A DNA stretch of 39,721 nucleotides from Octopus bimaculoides (taxonomy: Eukaryota), in the NCBI RefSeq assembly GCF_001194135.2, contig NC_069001.1:8078109-8117829 (forward strand), in the 5' to 3' direction. The notes under the pieces were generated by a model. That model was given only the letters and a program-made list of their open reading frames with translations. It did not search any database and had not been told where the DNA came from. Of the stretch, positions 11,838-21,255 are shown piece after piece (positions within the stretch are counted from its first letter, which is position 1; every line of letters starts with the position of its first letter). The position numbers and the translations under genes were made by a program.

Positions 11838-12122
11838 ATCACTCCACTTCTGACATTATGCGCATGTTCAACCGGATATTGTCCTGAGGAAGAACGTGTG
11901 AGCCTAACGTTGATGGTGTCATATCCGTTTGAATGAATAACCCATCTAACAGTAACCTATAAATTAATAAATAAGTAGTCATATTTCTCTATTTTATTAT
12001 AATGTATATACGTAGTAGTAGTCCTTCTAGAAGCACTATCTCACTTCGCCACTATAAAGTGATATTTGATTGCTATATGTAAACATTATTTAATCAATGA
12101 AAGACGATTTTATGAGGTACGT
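11838..12122 (+). promoter_or_regulatory. Putative ZNF3 promoter and non-coding exon 1 with splice donor
   Basis: CpG-richer patch; ATGCGCATGTTCAACCGGATATT at 11858-11880 (NRF1-like plus ETS-like); donor GAG|GTACGT at 12116|12117; ZNF3 acceptor lies 3.4 kb downstream. Confidence 0.55.
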
Positions 12123-12370
12123 TTTTTTTCTCTTTGGTTTGTCATTAAATCGTCTTTTGTTCGTTGATCTGTTATATTTCTGATTGCTTTGATCTATCAT
12201 AAAATTCGTTACACCTGTTTTTTGATCATCTGTCCGTGTTATTAGGTCCAGCCTGGTGCTCAATTAGAAAAATTACAATAAGCAGGAATTACCATTTTGA
12301 AGAATTAACCCTCTTTATCTTGTGTATACATACACATATACGAATGTGTGTCTGTGTATATATATATATA

Positions 12371-12576
12371 GTTTTAGGGAAAAGAACCAAGGTTCATAAA
12401 CTCATCGATGAAAATCCACTGTTACATATAGAAAAATTAATAATTAAAAGCACAATAAATGAGTATAATATAATACAAAGTAAATATCATAAGATCAAGA
12501 TAATATGATATTTACTTTGTATTATATTATACTTATTTATTGTGATTTCAATTGTTAATTCTTCTATATGTGACAG
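12371..12576. repeat. Long AT-rich imperfect palindrome (probable foldback MITE) running into an assembly gap
   Basis: ~12419-12491 is the reverse complement of ~12504-12576 with about 6 mismatches; the element appears to begin after (TA)n at 12371. Confidence 0.8.
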
Positions 12577-14439
12577 NNNNNNNNNNNNNNNNNNNNNNNN
12601 NNNNNNNNNNNNNNNNNNNNNNNNNNNNNNNNNNNNNNNNNNNNNNNNNNNNNNNNNNNNNNNNNNNNNNNNNNNNNNNNNNNNNNNNNNNNNNNNNNNN
12701 NNNNNNNNNNNNNNNNNNNNNNNNNNNNNNNNNNNNNNNNNNNNNNNNNNNNNNNNNNNNNNNNNNNNNNNNNNNNNNNNNNNNNNNNNNNNNNNNNNNN
12801 NNNNNNNNNNNNNNNNNNNNNNNNNNNNNNNNNNNNNNNNNNNNNNNNNNNNNNNNNNNNNNNNNNNNNNNNNNNNNNNNNNNNNNNNNNNNNNNNNNNN
12901 NNNNNNNNNNNNNNNNNNNNNNNNNNNNNNNNNNNNNNNNNNNNNNNNNNNNNNNNNNNNNNNNNNNNNNNNNNNNNNNNNNNNNNNNNNNNNNNNNNNN
13001 NNNNNNNNNNNNNNNNNNNNNNNNNNNNNNNNNNNNNNNNNNNNNNNNNNNNNNNNNNNNNNNNNNNNNNNNNNNNNNTTTTTTAGCATAATGTCAAATG
13101 TGAAGACTAGAACCCTCGAGTGATATCAAATTTAAACTCATCTCTTCAGCATCGAAATTATTGATATTTTTATTTAAAAAAAAAAGACGTAAGCTCTTCA
13201 TCCTACATTTCGGTTCCATTTATTTTCTTGAGTGTTGATCCGTCTCTTCTCTTAACAGGCCATTGAATACATTCTTCATGCTGCATTCAACACATCTACT
13301 AAAAGACATTTATTGCATTTTCTTTCATAAATTTCATTTAATCTATTTCGGTAATAATAGGATCTGCATTTCTTTCTATCCCTCTAAGTTAAGCTTTACA
13401 ATGATCAGTAGTTTCTCGTATTTTTTTAATACATTGTATACATTTTGTATGAAATAATAAATACCTTGATATATAAAAATGATAAAAGTTAATGTATGCA
13501 TATTCTTAGTTGTAGGTCATAGATTACTACAAAGGTAGTTGAAATTTTGCATAGTGGTACTTCTTACGAAGAAATGCTACAGGCTGTGGTTTTTCCGTAT
13601 ATTTACCATAAGAGCGAGGTTAAGTACTACTGCTGCTAATTATACACGTACAGTAAGTAATTGTGAATCTTCAGAAAATTTATCGTATTCAAACTGTGGT
13701 TTTACATAATTACTACTAAACCATTTGTATTCATCCAGTGGTTTTTTTTTTCTATTTGCTGAAAGTCTCATAATGTCCACGCTTCAATTCTTTTTCTGTG
13801 TCCAAGTTATGTTGATTGTTTAATTCAGATGTATCTTTCTCTTAGTAATAAGATCTCATTAGCATAAAGTATGACATTTTTTGAGTAAGACAAGAGAAAA
13901 GCTATCTTTATATATCTAAGCTTGGGGAATCGAGCAACCCAATTAATTTTTAATTTCTGCGGATGCAATTAATTTTGTCTTTTGTACCTAATGGAAAAGT
14001 GGCGTAATTAAATTTGAAATTAACCTGAAATTGTAAAACAGATTATAAATTTTAATTTATAAACTTGGAAGTTTTCAAATTAAGTAAAAATAATTTTAGT
14101 TTAAAAGCATTTGTTAGTGACCTTGAATATTACCAACCAGTTGTAATCTACTCAAAGTTTAGATTATATAATTGGAAAAAAAAAGCGAGTAGATAAACTG
14201 TCAATAAGATGAATAATCAAAGCAGCTTATTATCAAATCATTTACTATGGTGCCTAGAGATCCAAAAAGAAATTGAGAATTGTAGATAAAATTTTGAACA
14301 ATCCAGAGACTTAGGATGAAAAGTATGCAATTGGTGTGAACATCAAATAAATTCAAAATATGCTTCACAAATAGGATATCATATATTTGCAGGTTTTGTG
14401 AGTAATTACAGAAACCTGAAAACAAATGTGTGTGTGTGT

Positions 14440-15340
14440 GGTTGGTTAAGAAGTTCATTGTGCAACCACTTAGGTTTCAGAATCAGTTCCACTGTATGGC
14501 TCCTTGAAGAAGTGTTTTCTACTATAACCACCTCAAACTGACTGATGGCTCATGGAACTGTATAAAAGCCTAATCAGGCATAAAATGACAGTATATGTGT
14601 CTGTGTGTTTGCATTCATGGGTCTTCATATTGACTCACTCTGGTGTTGATGTTATGAATGCCTCACTTAAACAGCAGTTCAATGTAAAAGGCATGGAATA
14701 AAGTACCTTATTCGAAAAACAAGGCTTGTTGTCAGGAAGGTACACAGTTTGGGAAGCAAGCTTCTTAACACACAGCCACCTTTGTTTCAAACAAATAATG
14801 TACCATTTGAATGGATTTGTGGAATAACAGAAACAAAAACTCAAGCACAAGCATGGCTGTATGGTTTGTAACCCTATAGTTTCTGTTTCATTTCTACTGT
14901 ATGACACTTTGGGTGAGTGTCTTCTACTATAACCTTTGGCTGACTAAAGCCTTGTGTGGGATTTAGGAGATAGAAACTGTGTGGAAACTTGTTATATATG
15001 TGTTTGTGTTTCCCCCTCCCCTCATAGCTTAGCAACCAGTATTTTGTTTACGTGTCCATAACTTTGTGGTTTGGAAAAAGTGGTGGGGTCGAATTGTTTG
15101 ACTAAATCCCTCAGGATAGCATTGAAAATCCCAGAACTGATAACACAGCTACATCATCATCATCATTTAACATCCATTGTCCATGCTGTTGGACGGTCTG
15201 GCCAGAGCTGGCAAACTGGTGAGGGTGGGCTGATCCAGACTTCAGTCTGATTTGGCATGGTTTCTATGGTCAGAAGCCCTCCCCTAACACCAATCACTTT
15301 ACAGAGTGTGCTGGATGTTTTTACTTGGCACCGCACAGGC
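14440..15340. mobile_element. Nest of SINE family A fragments and a family C copy (-) in the ZNF3 intron
   Basis: Family A motifs at ~14440-14560 and ~14900-15130; family C reverse copy beginning CATCATCATTTAACATCC at ~15155. Confidence 0.6.
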
Positions 15341-15871
15341 CTACAAATGTGTAAATTTCATGCAAGGTTTAATTATGTCATAACAAATTACAAAAAGAAT
15401 TCATTTGTTCAGTTAAAGTCTAATTTTTCAGTATAGAAATGTAGTAAAATTTTCACTGTTAAATCACTGATTTTTTTTTTTTTATTATCCTCTCTATCTT
15501 ATGCTGTTTCTTTATTATTACAGACTATCAGATGATACAAGCATAAGAGAACATTTTTTAACTTCGGATACATCACTATTTATCATCATTTAAAAACTAA
15601 AGGAAGATGTTATTCAGAAGAGATATAAAACTGTTTATGTAATTACTGTGAAATATTTTCCTCTGAAAAACCTCTGTGTTGTCTGGGACATGAAATAGAT
15701 GATTTTACATTTTAATTAAACTTGGACAAATTTTACAAAAGGATTTGCGGTGACTTCAGATATCAACAAAATCAGAGATGATGAAAATATAGAAAATTGG
15801 AAGAGGATAAAATACTTAAACAAAAGTAATTTATACATTATTTTTTCTCTTTTTGTGGTGAAAAAAGAACA

Positions 15872-16642
15872 ATGATGGAAAATGAATTATGTGGGAACCT
15901 GGTTAAGTGTAAAACAGAGCCTGAAAGTATTGATTTTCCTGAAAAGATGCTTAAAGAGATAAGAAAAACATCATATTACTGTGATATCTGTAAAAAGTCA
16001 TTTGCTCAAAAAAGTAACCTTACAGCTCATATACGTATTCATACGGGAGAAAAACCATACCAGTGTGATATGTGCGGTAAATCATTCTCACGAAACGATG
16101 ATTTAAGCATACATATTCGTCTTCATACAGGAGAGGAGCGACATCGCTGTGACATTTGTGGTAAATCATTTTCTCATGGAAGTACATTGACTACTCACAA
16201 ACGAACTCATACAGGAGAAAAACCATATCACTGTGATATTTGTGGTAAATCATTCTCTCAAAATTCTCACTTGACTAAGCACAAACGCATTCATACAGGA
16301 GAGAGACCATATCAGTGTCATATCTGTGGTAAATCATTTTCTCGCATATATACCTTAACTGCTCACATACGCATTCACACAGGTGAAAAGCCATATCATT
16401 GTGATATCTGTGGTAAACCATTCTCTCTAAAAAGTCACATAGCTTCTCACAGACCCGTTCATACAGGAGAGAAACCATATCACTGTGATATCTGTGGTAA
16501 ATCATTCTCTCAAAAGTATCATTTCAATAAACATATGTGTATTCATATGCAAGAGAAACCATTTCAGTGTGATATCTGTGATAAATCATTTTCTCAGAAA
16601 TGCCAGCTAAGTGCACATGTACGTGTTCATATAGAAGAGTAA
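15872..16642 (+). CDS. C2H2 zinc-finger protein ZNF3, 256 aa, 8 tandem fingers
   Basis: [32 protein letters not shown] leader, 8 fingers, ends HIEE*; acceptor TACAG at 15523. Confidence 0.93.
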   Translation: MMENELCGNLVKCKTEPESIDFPEKMLKEIRKTSYYCDICKKSFAQKSNLTAHIRIHTGEKPYQCDMCGKSFSRNDDLSIHIRLHTGEERHRCDICGKSFSHGSTLTTHKRTHTGEKPYHCDICGKSFSQNSHLTKHKRIHTGERPYQCHICGKSFSRIYTLTAHIRIHTGEKPYHCDICGKPFSLKSHIASHRPVHTGEKPYHCDICGKSFSQKYHFNKHMCIHMQEKPFQCDICDKSFSQKCQLSAHVRVHIEE

Positions 16643-17484
16643 TTGGGTCTGTCAAAATCCCTTCAATGAGAAAAAAATATGCCCATAAATATATTCACAC
16701 AGGACATGAGACACATAAGGACATAAGTGTGATAACCTCCTCCCAACATGTATTTTATTTAATCACAACTATGTCTGCATTTGGGAGATAACTTACAACT
16801 GTGATATTGTTAATAAAAGCATTGTTTTTTAGCAGGAAGAAAAGATTCTATTATTTTATGTGACGTTGAGGATAAATGGCTAAGAAATGTATACTCATGA
16901 ATCAAGGACAACATCACCGAAGAATACACAAACCACAAAAGAAACCATTTCAGTTTACCATTAGATGATGTGTGAGATATCTGATGGATATTCTAGATTA
17001 CACATGTATCCTGTCAAGGAATTCATACATAAACTTCTTTATTTATAGCATCTTTCCTAAAAAAAAAACTTAACGTTTAAGCTGAATGCTAATTTACAAG
17101 TGTAACTGTAAACTTCAACCTAATGTCATTTCAAAAATGGTGATATTTGTGAACTATCTTCAGTGTTTATATGTTAATTCTACATGCTGTCATGAGTGGG
17201 ACATAGCTCTCCTCCAAGATATAACATCAACTTTTGTCAATGTTTTGTCTCGCTCAGAATCTTGAATTCTGACTCCTTAGGCATTGCAAATATTTTTAAT
17301 AACCTAAAATATAAATAAAGCTGATTTATTCTAAAGTTATTCTTTTATCATTTTTGACGTAACTAAAAATTGCACTGTCACAATGATAAACTGTAGAATT
17401 TACAAACTGTATCATTGTCGTATGATAAAAGTTACACTTTCCTCTAAATTCATTTTTACTTTGAAGCTATAAAATTAGGTGCGT

Positions 17485-17890
17485 ACATGGCTATGTGGTT
17501 AAGAATTTTACTTCCCAACCACATGGTTTTGGGTTCAGTCCCACTGCATGGCACCTTGAGTAAGTGCCTTTTGTTAAAGGTTGATCAAAGCTTTGTGGGT
17601 GGATTTGATAGATAGATAGATAGATAGAAAGAAGCTCATTGTATGGGTGAGTGTGCATGTAGTTGTGTCTCTATGTGTTGCATGATGGTTTTAGAGTGTC
17701 GCTGTTATACAAGCAAACACTCATTTCCAATATTCTATGAAAAGCATGTCTGGCCATGGGGAAATATTACCTTGCTTAGAAACGGGTGAAGGTTGGCAAC
17801 AAGAGGGTTATCCAACCATAGAAAATCTGCCTCAATAAATTCTATCCAACCCATGCAAGCAAGAAAAGGTAGACGTAAAAATGTTGATAT
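17485..17890 (+). mobile_element. SINE family A fragment with (GATA)n, followed by a family C-related 3' end
   Basis: GTGGTTAAGAA..CCCAACCACATGGTTTTGGGTTCAGTCCCACTGC...; GGTTGGCAACAAGAGG..ATCCAACCCATGCAAGCA. Confidence 0.6.
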
Positions 17891-17902
17891 TCTATACTAA
17901 AT

Positions 17903-18480
17903 AAGGTAGCGAACTAGTAGAATTGTTACCATGCCACTCAAAATGCTGCTGAGCATTTTGTCTTTATGTTCTGAGTTCAAATGCTGCCGGAGTCAACTCT
18001 GCTTTTTATTCTTTTGGAGTCAATAAAATAAATACCATTCAAACACCGGGGTCAATGCAATCGACTTGTCCCTTCCCTAAAATTGCTGGACTAGTGCCAA
18101 AATTTGAAATCAATATTATTTTATACTAAATACAGCAGAATTATTAGTGTGTAGAACAAAATGCTGAGTGGGACTTCTTCCAATACTTTACTATGAGTTC
18201 AAATTCTGTCCAGGTCAACTCTGCCTTTCATCTTTTGAGGTTATAAAACCAGTATCTGTTGAGCCCTGTGATCATTATGGTCAACTTAAACCCTTCTCCC
18301 TCACAAAATAGCTGACCATGTGCCCAAATTTGAAACCAGTATATTTTGTGTTCAAATACCACCGAGTTCAACTTTGGCTTTCTTCCTTTTGGGGTCAATA
18401 AAGTAAGTACCAGTTGAGCAATCGGGTTAATGCAATCATCTTCCCCTTCCCCTCAAAATTGCTGGCCTTGTGCTTAAATT
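17903..18480 (+). mobile_element. Three tandem SINE family B copies
   Basis: GAGTTCAAAT..GAGTCAACT..GCCTTTC..TTTGGGGTCAATAAA..CCAAAATTTGAAA repeated three times; TATACTA(A/G)ATA recurs at 17893, ~18122 and ~18492. Confidence 0.65.
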
Positions 18481-18654
18481 AGCATTATTTTTATACTAGA
18501 TACTCAGAAATGAGAGATAAGCAATATGATGATTTTGTTGATTAAATAAGTTTAGTGACTGTTGAGTTAGTTTGTGATATATCTAATTGGTTGATGGTAT
18601 CCAAGTTAGAAACAGTCTAATGAGTAATGAGAATATATATATACAAATCACTGA

Positions 18655-18870
18655 TCATCATCATCGTCGTTTAACGTCCGCTTTCCATGCTAGCATGGGT
18701 TGGACGATTTGACTGAGGACTGGTGGACCAGGAGGCGACACCAGGCTCCAATCTGATTTGGCAGAGTTTCTAGAGCTGGATGCCCTTCCTAACGCCAACC
18801 ACTCCAAGAGTGTAGTGGGTGTTTTACATGCCACCGGCTCGAGGGCCAGTCAGGCGGTACTGGCGACGTC
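18655..18870 (-). mobile_element. Family C retroposon 3' end, low divergence
   Basis: CATCATCATCGTCGTTTAACGTCCGCTTTCCATGCTAGCATGGGTTGGACG...GCTGGATGCCCTTCCTAACGCCAACCAC. Confidence 0.75.
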
Positions 18871-18989
18871 ATACTTACACAAAGTGCAGCAACACATTAA
18901 ATGCATACATGACCTTTCAGTTTTATTAAATGGAAATGCTGTAAAAGAGTAGTTAGGAGCTCCATATGCTGTACCCTGTGCCACCTTCA

Positions 18990-19340
18990 AACACGAGATG
19001 TAGTGGAATCACTTGCAGGTTAACAGACATAGATAGGGTTTGTGTGTGGCAGATGCAGTGGAGCAACATGTACCATGAGCACACTGGAAATCATGTGATT
19101 GGTCAGACTATCAGATGTTCCATGTCACTGGTCACAATGTGCTTTGCATCGTTTTAGCCTTGGAATGACTCCAACAGCTGGCTAAGTGAGCCAACCAATG
19201 TTCCCTGCTGAGTGAAAAGGGAACTGAAGCAAGGTAAAGTAAAGTGTTTTGCTCAAGAATACATGACACTGCCAGGTCTGGGAATTGAACCCATGATTTA
19301 ACGATTGTGAGTGCAATAGCCTAACCACTTGACCATGCAC
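18990..19340 (-). mobile_element. SINE family G copy
   Basis: AAAGTGTTTTGCTCAAGAATACA...GGGAATTGAACCCATGAT...CCTAACCACT. Confidence 0.6.
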
Positions 19341-19529
19341 ATTCACACACTGGAAATAGTCTCCTAAATACCTGGATGGCTCACTATGGTAACAGTCAAT
19401 AGCTTCTGGTACCTAGCTGACAAATATTAGCAAGGGAGGTGTTTGTTCAGAAAATATAGTAATCAGGGTAAGAACAGAATGGTAAAAGTCCTGAGATCCA
19501 ATTCCATTACTAACAGCATTAGTCTTTTC

Positions 19530-19930
19530 CTTCAGGATGAAGGCTACATTGTGTGGTGTTTGTGTTAGAATTGTGATGCTACTTGATAGCAAGACATGGA
19601 CCTTGAATGTAGAATACTTTTGAAAAATAAAAAGAAAGGAAGTGAACATATTCCAATGAACAACAGAGCACAAATGAGCTGAGAGAAAAACTGGGTATAA
19701 GAGGAATCCAGTGTAACATGCAAAGGAGATGGCTGTATTGGTATGGGCATGTGATGTGCATGGAGGTTGGCTGCAGCATAAAGAAGTGCTGAGCTCTCTA
19801 ACTTAATGGAACCTATGGAAGAGGGCAAAGAAGGGGTGACGGTTGGCCTTAAAATGCAAGTCTCATGGATGATAAGGACCATTCTAATTAGTGATGCATA
19901 GTGCTGCAGAAGACCCATCTTCCCATGGCA
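19530..19930 (+). mobile_element. Decayed RTE LINE C-terminal fragment
   Basis: Reads VRIVMLLDSKTWTL... and STNELREKLGIRGIQCNMQRRWLYWYGHVMCME, matching RTE MLxGSETW and RLRWYGHVxRM motifs, with stops. Confidence 0.65.
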
Positions 19931-20342
19931 AAACATACCGACACAAGGGTAGTGTTTAGAAGCCATGATGTATATTTTTTGTACTCTGCCAAACATATCT
20001 TTGTTACTCCCTTGCTTTACGTCCTCACCCACCTTTCCTATCTTACATCTCATCACTTGAAGCTCTCCATCCTCATTTCATCATTCCCTGTGCTGATCAC
20101 ACCATACACTTCTTCACATTTACTTCCCCCTTCATTAGGCCTTCATATAAGAGACTGTTTTGGATCATCCTCATCCTCGCTACACCCAAATTATTCATTT
20201 TCTACACTGAAATTATATGTGTGTGTGTATAGATAGGTATTATTATGTACATACATACAGTAAATGTAGGCGTGGCTGTGTGGAATTGATCTTTCCAGAA
20301 ATCAAGGGCTATGGTTGAATGATAAAAGTACACATGGATGTG

Positions 20343-20703
20343 GAGGCGCAGTTGCCTTGTGGTTAGGGCAGCGGACTCGCGGTTTCGATTCCCAGACCTG
20401 GCGTTGTGAGTTTATTGAGCGAATACACTTAAAGCTCGACGAGGCTCCGGCAGGGGATGGTGGCGAACCCTGCTGTACTCTTCCACCACAACTTTCTCTC
20501 ACTCTTACTTCCTGTTTCTGTTGTGCCTGTAATTCAAAGGGTCAGCCTTGTCACGCTGAATATCCCTGAGATCTACGTTAAGGGTACACGTGTCTGTGGA
20601 GTGCTCAGCCACTTGCACGTTAATTTCATGAGCAGGCTGTTCCGTTGATCGGATCAACTGGAACCCTCGACGTCGTAAGCGACGGAGTGCCAACAACAAC
20701 AAC
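20343..20703 (+). mobile_element. Full-length tRNA-derived SINE with (CAA)n tail
   Basis: A-box-like TGGTTAGGGCAGC, B-box-like GGTTTCGATTCCC, GC-rich body, CAACAACAACAAC tail. Confidence 0.75.
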
Positions 20704-20728
20704 GTGGATACATGTCAACAATTCATTC

Positions 20729-21150
20729 TCATCACCGGGGACATTTTGTCATGCGCATGTTCAACCGGATATTTACTTCACACTTTCAAAATCGAAGAGA
20801 TACTTCGTTGCCATTCAAAGCCCGTCCATCTCAAGAAAACCCCATTTGTTGTGAGATTTTAAAGTTATATAAAAGAAATTAACATTAACATATTATGCTA
20901 TAACATATACGAAGTAACACACTTCACAACCAACACTGACTTTTAATAATAACAGGGGATTTGTGTAATATTTGTCTTTTTCTTTTCTGTTATTCTTCAC
21001 TCAGAGCTTTACTGCTTCATTCACTGAAAGAGATATAGACGAGGTAATTTTTCAAATAGTTATTTTCTTCATTCAATCGTCTATTTTCCGTTCATCAATA
21101 TAATGTTTCTCTTTGTTTGATCTATCATAATATATTCGTAACACCTCCTA
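20729..21150 (+). promoter_or_regulatory. Paralogous copy of the putative ZNF3 promoter, exon 1 and intron start, upstream of the Tigger ORF
   Basis: Identical 23-mer ATGCGCATGTTCAACCGGATATT (20751-20773 = 11858-11880); donor GAG|GTAATT at 21043|21044; ~21068-21146 aligns with ~12142-12216. Confidence 0.7.
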
Positions 21151-21255
21151 CTAGACTGATAGAACACCTTCACGTCACCGAAAATTTCTTTAGTTAAATA
21201 TTAAATTGATATTGATCTTAGCCATAAGGCTAACGGTCAGTGCTATAATTATTTA

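Noticed and set aside
11180-13123. Long ORFs with X runs (also 23996-24423 and 37888-38794)
   Set aside because: Artefacts of translating through N gaps
16275-16791. Antisense and overlapping ORFs on ZNF3 and the Tigger ORF (also 21442, 21746, 22877)
   Set aside because: Shadow frames of real coding sequence; 16600-16791 merely crosses an eroded finger
20343-20420. tRNA-like sequence
   Set aside because: A/B boxes are the head of a SINE with a body and (CAA)n tail; no complete cloverleaf
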